From positions 1 through 24,284 of the forward strand of contig CAZQJT010000004.1 in the NCBI GenBank assembly GCA_964593665.1: a stretch of 24,284 bases of DNA. Reading direction: 5' to 3'. Under the pieces are notes generated by a model. That model was not told the DNA's origin and did no database searches. It was given only the letters and a program-made list of their open reading frames with translations. Below, one piece after another: positions 15,313 through 23,608 of this stretch (position 1 is the stretch's first letter; every line of letters begins with the position of its first letter). The translations under genes and the position numbers were made by a program. The stretch comes from an uncultured Gammaproteobacteria bacterium. Its GTDB lineage: Bacteria > Patescibacteriota > Patescibacteriia > Patescibacteriales > UBA12465.

Positions 15313-15759
15313 ATGAGTAATGAGTTAAAAATTATTTATTCTCAAGCTGCTCCAGTAGACGAATTAGCTATTTTTGATTTACTAAACGAATTAGATGGGG
15401 ACCGATCTAGTTTTGATATTTCGAGGTTTTATGTTGCTAAGGCTCATAATAATTTGATTGGCTGTGTTAGAACAAAAATAATTAGTGAGGATTGTTGGGA
15501 ATTAGCGAGCTTAGCTGTTCATAAAAATTATCAAGGCAGGTGAATCGGCAGTCGGCTAGTTGAAGATTTGTTATTAAAAGAAACGAAGCGGCCAATTTTT
15601 ATTTTGACCGAATTAGATAAAGAAGGTTTTTATAAAAAATTTAATTTTCATATTATTGAACCCTTAGAGCTGCCAAATGAATTTAAAAAAGAATATGACG
15701 GAATAATTAGCATGCCGTTTGCTAAGAATTTAAAAGTCATCGCGATGGGCGTTAAATAA
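15313..15759 (+). pseudogene. GNAT N-acetyltransferase interrupted by one in-frame TGA (15541-15543)
   Basis: The two listed ORFs share a frame; joined they give 148 codons with ELASLAVHKNYQGR*IGSRLV, the stop replacing the Gly of the acetyl-CoA-binding QxxGxG motif. Confidence 0.8.
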
Positions 15760-15788
15760 ATAATTTGCTATTTTTTAGTTTAACTAAA

Positions 15789-15812
15789 AAACTCTAACAT
15801 TTGTTAGAGTTT
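15789..15812 (+). terminator. Hairpin after the GNAT gene (terminator-like)
   Basis: AAACTCTAACA-TT-TGTTAGAGTTT 11-bp inverted repeat followed by a T-rich tract. Confidence 0.55.
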
Positions 15813-15922
15813 GTTGTTTGTAGTCTTAAAGTCTGATATTTTCCAAAATTTTGACGGGATTATTGGGGAAATTGAGAAGTGGGCGGAGGTTTGGTTTAAT
15901 TTTGTTGAACTGATATCCGGAC

Positions 15923-15951
15923 TTTACAACCCTAATTTTTAAAGGTATACT
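15923..15951 (+). promoter_or_regulatory. Sigma70 promoter of the abiE operon
   Basis: TTTACA-17 nt-TATACT ~30 nt upstream of ATG 15982. Confidence 0.6.
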
Positions 15952-15981
15952 ATAAATAGATTGATTCATTTTTTTTATAAT

Positions 15982-16608
15982 ATGATAAAAAAACTAAATC
16001 GCCTAGATGTGGCGAATAAATTAAAATCTTTAAATATGTTGGTATTTACTCCTAGAGAATTCCAGGATATTTTTGCCGTATCGAAAAACACCGCTTCAGT
16101 TTTTTTGTCCAATAATATAAATAGTAATTTGTTTGTTAAATTGCGTAACGGCTTCTATATATTAAAAGATACTCGCCCCTCTTTAAGTTTGATTGCCAAT
16201 AGGTTATATAGACCCTCTTATATATCTTTAGAATCAGCCCTATCCTTTTATAAAATTATTCCCGAAACAGTTTACGGCATTACTTCAGTGAGCACGAAGG
16301 CGACGAGGGAGTTTGCATCTGAAATAGGAATATTTAGTTATCAAAAGATAAAGAAAGAAGCTTTTATTGGATATCAACTGAAGAGCGTTCATGGAGAAAA
16401 TGTTTTTATCGCTGACGCCGAAAAGGCCTTGGCTGATTATTTATATTTTGTCGATTTAAAAAAAGTTAGTTTAAATGACAGATTGTATTTAAAAAATATA
16501 AATAAAAAAAAGTTAATGGGTTACATTTCAGTGTTTAATAGAAAATCATTAAAAAAGTTAATTGATCAAATATATGTTGAGTATCAAAAACCTCGAAAAA
16601 TATACTAA
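15982..16608 (+). CDS. abiEi: AbiEi-family antitoxin / transcriptional regulator
   Basis: N-terminal wHTH-like segment (FTPREF...KLRNGFY) and RPSYISLESALSFYKIIPE..YGITSV, EKALADYLY; ATG 15982 preferred over TTG 15961. Confidence 0.85.
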   Translation: MIKKLNRLDVANKLKSLNMLVFTPREFQDIFAVSKNTASVFLSNNINSNLFVKLRNGFYILKDTRPSLSLIANRLYRPSYISLESALSFYKIIPETVYGITSVSTKATREFASEIGIFSYQKIKKEAFIGYQLKSVHGENVFIADAEKALADYLYFVDLKKVSLNDRLYLKNINKKKLMGYISVFNRKSLKKLIDQIYVEYQKPRKIY

Positions 16609-17302
16609 CCAATTTCAAACCAGCATTGATAACATTGTGCGGGAATATTGCCAGCATTTGTTTTTGTCATACTTATATCAAGAGCCTGGTTCTGAAAAAC
16701 TATTATTTAAAGGCGGGACTGCCTTGCGGATTGTTTTTGAGAGCCCGCGTTTTTCCGAAGATTTAGATTTTAGTGGTTTTAATATTAGATACACTGAAAT
16801 TGAAAAAATACTTACCAATACCCTCAGTAATATGGAAAAGGGTGGCTTGATAATTGATATTACAGAAAGTAAACAAACTAGTGGCGGTTATTTGGCAATT
16901 TTAATTTTTAAAATAGAAGAATATATTACCAAGATTCAAATAGAAATATCTCTGCGGGGCGGCAAACAAATGGTTGGGACAAGAACCATTATAAGAAATG
17001 ATTTTATCCCTGCGTATACATTGGTTCATTTGCCAACAGATGACTTGATTGGGCAAAAAATTGAAGCTTTACTGGACAGGAAAAAGCCTCGCGATTTTTT
17101 TGATTATTATTATTTATTATCGGGTAACCACGCTATCGCCAAAAATAAAAAAAATCTGCAAACAATTATAGTTTTGCTAGAGCAAAGCAAAATAGATTTT
17201 CGTAATGAACTTCGCCGTTTTTTGCCTGCCAGTCAGGCTAGGCATATGAAAGATTTTCGAAAAATATTAATTGATAAGATTAATACTTATATAGGCAAAT
17301 AA
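16574..17302 (+). CDS. abiEii: AbiEii/AbiGii-family nucleotidyltransferase toxin
   Basis: LLFKGGTALR, RFSEDLDF, QKIEALLDR.KPRDFFD; ATG 16574 preferred; overlaps the antitoxin 3' end. Confidence 0.9.
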   Translation: MLSIKNLEKYTNQFQTSIDNIVREYCQHLFLSYLYQEPGSEKLLFKGGTALRIVFESPRFSEDLDFSGFNIRYTEIEKILTNTLSNMEKGGLIIDITESKQTSGGYLAILIFKIEEYITKIQIEISLRGGKQMVGTRTIIRNDFIPAYTLVHLPTDDLIGQKIEALLDRKKPRDFFDYYYLLSGNHAIAKNKKNLQTIIVLLEQSKIDFRNELRRFLPASQARHMKDFRKILIDKINTYIGK

Positions 17303-17435
17303 TATTAAATTTAATATTGAATAAAACAAATTTTATGAAGTTCATAAAAAATGTTGTTCCTGGGGGTAAATTTTTAAAAAAAATTGGCAATACTTACTTT
17401 TATTGGAGCCCTAATTAAATATTATCTCACACACA

Positions 17436-17957
17436 ATGAAAAAGATAATTAAAATAACAGTTATTTTATTAGGTTCGATCGTGACTATTATAATAGCGTG
17501 GTTTATTATTTCTTTTTATTTTAATCCTTCTGAATCTTTGTATGTTTATCTTGGAGATGACGGTTCGTCAATTTGGGCGGAGGGGAACCCTTTTTCTTTA
17601 AGAAAAGAAATCTCTGGGACAAAATCACAAAAATTATCTGATATAAAGTGGTCTCCAAATAATAATTATGTGGCATTTTATGACAATGTTAGGGAAGCGC
17701 CAGATATGAGCAGGGAATGGTTTTTAAAGGTTTTTAATCCAAGAACGTTCAGTGTCAGAACTATTTTTATTGGTCCCTGGGTTACAGGAAGCTATAAGTG
17801 GTTAGATGATGACACAATCAGAGCTTATGCTGGTGCTTGTAGTGGCTGTAAGCCATATTGTGATATTAATATTCATAGGCGAGAACCATTTATATTCGGA
17901 GAAGACAAAGATCCCGATCATTGTAGTGCACAGGCTTGGTGGGAATATGATGATTAG
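17436..17957 (+). CDS. Hypothetical membrane-anchored/exported protein with beta-propeller-like repeat
   Basis: N-terminal basic+hydrophobic anchor, DIKWSPNNNYVAFY (TolB/WD40-like blade), four C-terminal Cys. Confidence 0.7.
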   Translation: MKKIIKITVILLGSIVTIIIAWFIISFYFNPSESLYVYLGDDGSSIWAEGNPFSLRKEISGTKSQKLSDIKWSPNNNYVAFYDNVREAPDMSREWFLKVFNPRTFSVRTIFIGPWVTGSYKWLDDDTIRAYAGACSGCKPYCDINIHRREPFIFGEDKDPDHCSAQAWWEYDD

Positions 17958-18057
17958 TTTGCAACCGCTTGATAATAGTCTTTAATATCACTATATGCTT
18001 AATTTAGAATACATAATTTATAATAAATTAGGAGTTCAATAAACATTGTAAATAAAA

Positions 18058-18092
18058 TAAAAACACCGCAACTTTGTTGCAGTGTTTTTATT
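18058..18092 (-). terminator. tRNA-Glu terminator
   Basis: Minus strand TAAAAACACTGCAAC-AAA-GTTGCGGTGTTTTTA (one U-G pair) followed by T-rich tract. Confidence 0.85.
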
Positions 18093-18095
18093 ACG

Positions 18096-18167
18096 TAGTC
18101 CCTAGGGGAATCGAACCCCTGTTACCAGGATGAAAACCTGGTGTCCTAACCACTAGACGAAGGGACC
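18096..18167 (-). tRNA. tRNA-Glu(TTC), CCA not encoded
   Basis: GGTCCCT/AGGGACT acceptor, D arm GTCTAGTGGTTAGGAC, anticodon arm CCAGG-TTTTCAT-CCTGG, T arm AGGGG-TTCGATT-CCCCT. Confidence 0.96.
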
Positions 18168-18186
18168 ATTTTTTATAGTCATTATT

Positions 18187-18215
18187 ATTCTATAGATAAA
18201 CTTTCTGCCTGTCAA
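18187..18215 (-). promoter_or_regulatory. Sigma70 promoter of tRNA-Glu
   Basis: TTGACA-17 nt-TAGAAT; back-to-back with an extended -10 (TGCTATAAT, 18230-18238) for the patatin gene. Confidence 0.75.
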
Positions 18216-18275
18216 TATCAGGTTTTTGGTGCTATAATTATTTCACGGTAATTATTATTCTTCTTTTTTATCTTT

Positions 18276-19088
18276 ATGACTTCAACTAAATTACAAACCA
18301 AAAAACTGGGGCTAGCTCTTGGTTCAGGCGGATTTAGAGGATTTGCTCATATTGGCGTTATTAAATCTTTAGAAAAACATGGAATTAGTATAGATTGTTT
18401 GTCTGGTTCTAGTATTGGTGCTTGGATGGCCGCTTATTATGGTCTTTTTGGGGAAATTGAAAAGTTAAAAGAGAGTTTAACTAATAATCCTAAAGATAAT
18501 TTATTACTCCTTTTTGATCTCACTAGTTCTGGAGGATTAATAGGCGGAAATAAATTTTATAATTTTTTAAAAAAGACCTTTGATAATAAAAGTTTTTCTG
18601 ATACTAAATTACCAGTTCGTATTTTAGCAACCGATTTAATTTCTGGCTCTCCTTATGTTTTTTATAAAGGCGATTTAGCTTCTGCTGTTAGAGCTAGCAC
18701 TTCTATTCCAGTTGTTTTTAAACCCTTTTCCATAGGAGATAAATTATTAATAGATGGAGGGTTAAGTAACCCTATCCCAGGGAAATTGCTTAGAGAAATT
18801 GGAGCCGATGTTGTAATCGGCGTTAATCTTTATCATAAAAACGAGTTTATTAAAGACAAGTTTTCTATGACAAAAATTGCCTTTAGAAGTACGAGAATAG
18901 GGCTCTATAATTTAGCTAGAGTAGATTTGCTTTCTTGCGATATAAAAATTGAACTTGATCTGTCTCCTTATGCCAAGCAAAGTACTTTGTCTCAGTATTT
19001 TACTAAAAAAATAGCCGAACAGATTATTAAAATAGGAGAAGATGCTACTGATAAATTAATTCCAGAAATAAAGAAACTTTTGAAATAG
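18276..19088 (+). CDS. Patatin-like phospholipase
   Basis: LGSGGFRGFAHIGV, GSSIG nucleophile elbow, VRASTSIP, IDGG. Confidence 0.93.
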   Translation: MTSTKLQTKKLGLALGSGGFRGFAHIGVIKSLEKHGISIDCLSGSSIGAWMAAYYGLFGEIEKLKESLTNNPKDNLLLLFDLTSSGGLIGGNKFYNFLKKTFDNKSFSDTKLPVRILATDLISGSPYVFYKGDLASAVRASTSIPVVFKPFSIGDKLLIDGGLSNPIPGKLLREIGADVVIGVNLYHKNEFIKDKFSMTKIAFRSTRIGLYNLARVDLLSCDIKIELDLSPYAKQSTLSQYFTKKIAEQIIKIGEDATDKLIPEIKKLLK

Positions 19089-19099
19089 CTATAATTTTT

Positions 19100-20137
19100 A
19101 TGAAATATCGTTTATATACAATTTCTCGTAAGGCTTGGGATGGCATGTTGGCTGCCATGGTTCAAGCGGAAAAATCCATTTATATAGAAATGTACAGCTT
19201 TTTAAATGATACTCGCTCTACTCATGATTTTTCTAAATTACTTAAAGAAAAGGCACGAGCTGGCGTAGAGGTTGTTATTATTGCTGATGCCTTTGGTAGT
19301 TTCCATCTTCATAATTCTGAAGTTGAAGACTTACGAGCGGCTGGTATTGAATTTATATTTTTTAGTCATTGGCTTAGAAGAACTCATCGCAAAATTGTTA
19401 TTGTTGATAATGAAATTGCTTTTTTGGGAGGGGTAAATATCAAAGAAAAAAACCGAGATTGGCTTGATTTACAGATTAGGATAAAGGGGCGCATTGTTAT
19501 TCCATTGCTACAATCTTTTGCCTATGCTTATAATTTAATTGGTGGGAAAAAAGAAAGTATTTTAAAGTATAATCGTTTATCTTTGGTAAAAAAAATAAAA
19601 TCTTGGATTATTGATACTTTTGTTGGTAATAATAAAACCTATAATTTAAATAATTATTACAAAGAAAGATTAATGGGAGCTAAAAAATCTATAAAGATAG
19701 TTACTCCTTATCTTTTGCCACCTCGCCGTCTTTTAGCTGCCTTAGATCAGGCTTGTTTAAGGGGAGTTAATGTGGAAATATTAATTCCTAATGACACTGA
19801 CGTAAAGGGTCTTAATAAAATTAACTATTTAAATGCTTGTCGCATGTCTGACTTTGGAACTAAGTTTTATTTAACACCCAGAATGAACCATGCCAAGATA
19901 ATGATAGTAGATGATGAGGAATGTTTAATAGGGTCTCAGAATATGGATGTTTTATCTTTTGGTCTTAACATGGAAGTTGGCGTTTTCTTTCGTCAAAAGA
20001 AATTGGTAAGCGATTTAAATAAAGTTTTCGAAGAGTGGAAGAAAGAATCTTTAGAATTTAACGTTGGCGGTCGCAAGATAACTGTGTTTGATAAAATACT
20101 TATCGCTATCTTTAAAATATTCTATCCAATTTTATAG
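19100..20137 (+). CDS. Phospholipase D family, cardiolipin synthase (ClsB-like, no N-terminal TM)
   Basis: Two HKD motifs: THRKIVIVD..AFLGGVNI and NHAKIMIVD..LIGSQNMD. Confidence 0.88.
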   Translation: MKYRLYTISRKAWDGMLAAMVQAEKSIYIEMYSFLNDTRSTHDFSKLLKEKARAGVEVVIIADAFGSFHLHNSEVEDLRAAGIEFIFFSHWLRRTHRKIVIVDNEIAFLGGVNIKEKNRDWLDLQIRIKGRIVIPLLQSFAYAYNLIGGKKESILKYNRLSLVKKIKSWIIDTFVGNNKTYNLNNYYKERLMGAKKSIKIVTPYLLPPRRLLAALDQACLRGVNVEILIPNDTDVKGLNKINYLNACRMSDFGTKFYLTPRMNHAKIMIVDDEECLIGSQNMDVLSFGLNMEVGVFFRQKKLVSDLNKVFEEWKKESLEFNVGGRKITVFDKILIAIFKIFYPIL

Positions 20138-20162
20138 TATTTTTTTTGTAATAATAAAAACA

Positions 20163-20198
20163 AAAAACAGGCCTAATTATTCTAGTCTTGTTTTTTTT
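20163..20198 (+). terminator. Imperfect terminator after the PLD gene
   Basis: AAAAAACAGGCCTA-N7-TAGTCTTGTTTTTT. Confidence 0.55.
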
Positions 20199-20245
20199 GT
20201 AAAATTACTCTATAATTGTCTTATTAATTTTTTTACTTTTTTAGC

Positions 20246-22735
20246 ATGGCAGGAGAATATATAAAAATAAAAGGAGCAAGAACAAATAATTTAAAGAATA
20301 TTAATCTTGACGTTCCTAGAAATAAATTAGTGGTTATAACCGGTTTATCGGGTTCCGGTAAGTCATCTTTAGCTTTTGATACTATTTATGCTGAGGGGCA
20401 AAGGCGTTATGTTGAGTCTTTATCATCCTATGCTCGTCAATTCGTTGGGTTAATGGATAAGCCAGATGTTGATTTAATTGAAGGTCTGTCACCAGCGATT
20501 TCTATTGACCAGAGAACAGTCGGGCACAATCCACGTTCTACTGTTGGGACTGTTACAGAGATTTATGATTATTTGCGCCTTCTCTATTCTAAATGTGGCC
20601 AACCCTATTGTCCAACTTGCGGTTTAAAGTTAAAAAAAGAGGCGGCTGAGAAAAAAACAACAAAAAAAATTAGAAATAGGGAAGTAAAATCCATAAAAAT
20701 GGAAAGATTTTTTGTTTGTCCGTCTTGTGATTATCGTCGCTTAGAATTTCAACCTCGTGATTTTTCTTTTAATTCTGCCCACGGCGCCTGTCCTTCTTGT
20801 AGCGGCTTGGGAGTAAAATCAGAAATTGACCCGGAATTATTATTTAATGAAAAACTTAGTATTTTAGAAGGAGCTATAAAGCCAATCTCCCATTCTTATA
20901 CAGCCAATAGTCTTTTATTTTCTGAACTTGATAAATTGGCTAAGCGTCATAATTTTAGCTTGCGGACAGCCGTAAAAGATATGAGTTTAGTTGAAAAAAG
21001 TTTAGTTTTAAATGGTGATGATTATTTTATTGGACTTTTGAAAAGTTTGGAAAATAAATACAATGAAACAAAATCTGGTTTTGTTAAGCAAGAAACAGAG
21101 AAGGTGATGCGCGTTTCTCTGTGTCCAGAATGTTATGGTGCTCGTTTGAAACAAGAATCTTTGACTGTTAAAGTAGGCGGATTTTCTATTTTTGAGTTAA
21201 CTAGTAAAAACTTAAAGGATCTAAAGGAGCTTTTTCTTTCTTGGTTAAAAACAAGCTCTGTTTTTAATGGTCAAACAGAGGTCGTTACTCCAATTATTTT
21301 AGAAATTGTAAAGAATTTGGAATTATTAATGAACGTTGGGCTTCATTATTTAACTTTAAATCGCAGCGCCGCAACCTTATCTGGCGGCGAAGCACAGAGA
21401 ATAAGATTAGCTTCTCAAGTAGGTTCTACCTTGTCAGGAGTCCTATATATTTTAGATGAACCATCAGTTGGTTTGCATCAGCGAGATAACGATCGCTTGA
21501 TTGAAACTTTAAAAAATTTAAGAGATAACGGCAATACTGTTATTGTTGTTGAGCATGATGCTTCTACTATGTTAGCAGCTGATCATTTAATAGATATAGG
21601 TCCTGGTGCGGGAGAAAATGGTGGTACGCTTATTTTTTCTGGATTACCAGCTGATATAAAAAATTGTAAAAATTCTTTAACCGGTGCTTATTTGTCAGGA
21701 AAAAAATCAATAAAAATTCCTGATCATTTTCGTCTAGGAAATAAAAAAAGTATAAAAATTTGTGGAGCAACAGAGCATAATTTAAAAAACATTGATGTTG
21801 AAATTCCTTTGGGTAAGTTAGTGGCGATTACTGGTGTTTCTGGTTCAGGTAAATCAACGCTACTAACTGATATTTTAGCCAATGCTTTAAATCGTAAATT
21901 TTATCGAGCTAAAGTTGACATTGGCGCTCATAGAGAAATAAGTGGATTAGAAAATATTGATAAGGTAATAAATATAGATCAATCTCCGATTGGGCGAACT
22001 CCACGCTCAAACCCCGCAACCTATACAGGATTGTTTTCATATATCCGCGACTTATTTGCCGCCTTACCAGAAGCGAGAGTCAAGGGTTTAAATGCTGGCC
22101 ATTTCTCTTTTAATGTTTCTGGTGGTCGCTGTGAAAATTGTTCTGGCGATGGTGTGATAAAAGTAGAAATGCAATTTCTATCCGACGTTTATTTAACTTG
22201 TGATGTTTGCGATGGTAAAAAATTCCAACCAAAAATTTTAGAAATAAAATATCAAGGAAAAAATATTTATGAGATTTTAGAAATGACAGTTAGCGAAGCA
22301 CGTCAATTTTTCAAGAATCATTCTGCTTTAAATCAAAAACTTAAAACACTAGAAGAGGTTGGGCTTGGTTATATTAAATTAGGTCAAAGTGCAACTACTT
22401 TTTCTGGCGGCGAAGCGCAGAGAATAAAACTGGCGACAGAATTATCACGTCGTGCAACTGGTAAAACATTATATATTTTAGATGAGCCAACAACAGGACT
22501 GCATTTTGCTGATATAGATAAGTTGTTAAAGGTTTTAAACCTTTTAGTTGATCAAGGAAATACGGTATTGGTAATAGAGCATAATTTAGATTTAATAAAA
22601 TCAGCTGACTGGATTATTGATTTAGGACCAGAGGGCGGTGATGCTGGTGGACAAGTAGTAGCAACCGGCACTCCTTTAGAAATAGTAAAAAGTTCTAAAA
22701 GTTTGACTGGTCATTATTTGCAAGAAATTATATAA
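20246..22735 (+). CDS. uvrA: Excinuclease ABC subunit A, short form lacking the UvrB-binding domain
   Basis: Two ABC modules ([26 protein letters not shown]; [26 protein letters not shown]) and zinc fingers; 829 aa. Confidence 0.93.
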   Translation: MAGEYIKIKGARTNNLKNINLDVPRNKLVVITGLSGSGKSSLAFDTIYAEGQRRYVESLSSYARQFVGLMDKPDVDLIEGLSPAISIDQRTVGHNPRSTVGTVTEIYDYLRLLYSKCGQPYCPTCGLKLKKEAAEKKTTKKIRNREVKSIKMERFFVCPSCDYRRLEFQPRDFSFNSAHGACPSCSGLGVKSEIDPELLFNEKLSILEGAIKPISHSYTANSLLFSELDKLAKRHNFSLRTAVKDMSLVEKSLVLNGDDYFIGLLKSLENKYNETKSGFVKQETEKVMRVSLCPECYGARLKQESLTVKVGGFSIFELTSKNLKDLKELFLSWLKTSSVFNGQTEVVTPIILEIVKNLELLMNVGLHYLTLNRSAATLSGGEAQRIRLASQVGSTLSGVLYILDEPSVGLHQRDNDRLIETLKNLRDNGNTVIVVEHDASTMLAADHLIDIGPGAGENGGTLIFSGLPADIKNCKNSLTGAYLSGKKSIKIPDHFRLGNKKSIKICGATEHNLKNIDVEIPLGKLVAITGVSGSGKSTLLTDILANALNRKFYRAKVDIGAHREISGLENIDKVINIDQSPIGRTPRSNPATYTGLFSYIRDLFAALPEARVKGLNAGHFSFNVSGGRCENCSGDGVIKVEMQFLSDVYLTCDVCDGKKFQPKILEIKYQGKNIYEILEMTVSEARQFFKNHSALNQKLKTLEEVGLGYIKLGQSATTFSGGEAQRIKLATELSRRATGKTLYILDEPTTGLHFADIDKLLKVLNLLVDQGNTVLVIEHNLDLIKSADWIIDLGPEGGDAGGQVVATGTPLEIVKSSKSLTGHYLQEII

Positions 22736-22746
22736 AGAGGTATAGT
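22718..22746 (+). promoter_or_regulatory. Sigma70 promoter embedded in the uvrA 3' end, for ORF 22903
   Basis: TTGCAA-17 nt-TATAGT. Confidence 0.55.
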
Positions 22747-22788
22747 AGTTTGTTAAATAAAAACAGATTAAAGTTCTTTAAAATAAAA

Positions 22789-22840
22789 ATGGCTGTAGCT
22801 AAAAGATGGAAAATTATTGCCATTTTTTAGCTACAGCTAT
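22789..22840 (+). other. Long 21-bp hairpin in the uvrA-22903 intergenic region
   Basis: ATGGCTGTAGCTAAAAGATGG-N10-CCATTTTTTAGCTACAGCTAT, 19 Watson-Crick + 2 G-U pairs, no U-tail. Confidence 0.75.
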
Positions 22841-22902
22841 ATAAGCTGACAGTTCCTTCTCGGAGTAGAGAAAAAAAGCGCAAAATAGCGCAGGAGGCAA
22901 AA

Positions 22903-23559
22903 ATGAAAAAAAACAGTCCATTTATGATTGCCGGAGTAGAAGTCGGGCAATTAAATGCTATGGTAAAAAACCTGATGATAAAATCAGGTATTAATGACCC
23001 AGTAGAACTAATTCGTCTTATTAACTCGGGCGAGCTGTTTCCTATTTGCGCTCAAAAAGATTGGATAAGAATAGGCGGAGTGTTTTATTTCCCCGTTTCA
23101 TCTTCTGGTCTAAGTGGACAACAGTGGGTGCAGTATTTTGAAGATCAAAAACGTCGGATCACCTCTGATGTTAGTGAAATTTTACTTTCTGAGAACTTTG
23201 AAGCTAGTAATAGTATTTATTATATTGCTTTAATTCCTGGAGGTTTTTTCTCTGACAGAAATCGAGTGGTAAGAAAAATTTGGCGCGAAGCTAAAATGCG
23301 GCGCTTTGCCTTACCTACCCTAGAGGCAATTTGTTTGATCAGGGAAAAATTCTCTGATGACGATTTAGAGGAGATGGGTTTTAATAGAGTGATTGCTCTT
23401 CATAAGCCGATTATGAACGTTGACAATGAATTTGTTTACGTTGGTACAAAATCAATCTTTAAAACAGATGGGCTGGGGTCCTATAATTCTTTTGGGATTA
23501 AACTTAAAAGAAGAGATGCCTTGGCATTTATTGTAAAAGATTTTTCCTGCAATCGTTAG
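22903..23559 (+). CDS. Conserved hypothetical protein (CPR-type family)
   Basis: Strong SD AGGAGG 6 nt before the ATG; GQLNAMVK, YF.VSS.G.SG..W, EAICLIREKF.D.DLE.MG, LHKPI pattern recalled from Parcubacteria hypotheticals (not searched). Confidence 0.75.
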   Translation: MKKNSPFMIAGVEVGQLNAMVKNLMIKSGINDPVELIRLINSGELFPICAQKDWIRIGGVFYFPVSSSGLSGQQWVQYFEDQKRRITSDVSEILLSENFEASNSIYYIALIPGGFFSDRNRVVRKIWREAKMRRFALPTLEAICLIREKFSDDDLEEMGFNRVIALHKPIMNVDNEFVYVGTKSIFKTDGLGSYNSFGIKLKRRDALAFIVKDFSCNR

Positions 23560-23574
23560 CAGTCAGCCAGTTTT

Positions 23575-23603
23575 AAAGCGGTTTTTTTAATTAAAACCGC
23601 TTT
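23575..23603. terminator. Bidirectional terminator
   Basis: AAAGCGGTTTT-N7-AAAACCGCTTT between convergent genes. Confidence 0.8.
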
Positions 23604-23608
23604 TTCTT

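Noticed and set aside
15541-15543. Selenocysteine insertion at the GNAT UGA
   Set aside because: The position is a structural Gly, not Cys, and no SECIS-like hairpin follows
15811-15942. ~43-codon TTG-start ORF (..FDGIIGEIEKWAEVW..) upstream of abiEi
   Set aside because: No RBS, overlaps the abiE promoter and has no motif; at most a gene remnant
15970-15993. T7AT-N6-ATA7 inverted repeat over the abiEi start as AbiEi operator
   Set aside because: Homopolymeric, expected by chance in AT-rich DNA
9661-18110. Classical attL/attR duplications of the tRNA-Cys or tRNA-Glu 3' ends
   Set aside because: No second copy of either T-arm/acceptor sequence seen, and no integrase in the window
18276-19088. 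Patatin as a CBASS CapV-type defence effector
   Set aside because: No CD-NTase nearby; looks like a housekeeping RssA-type patatin
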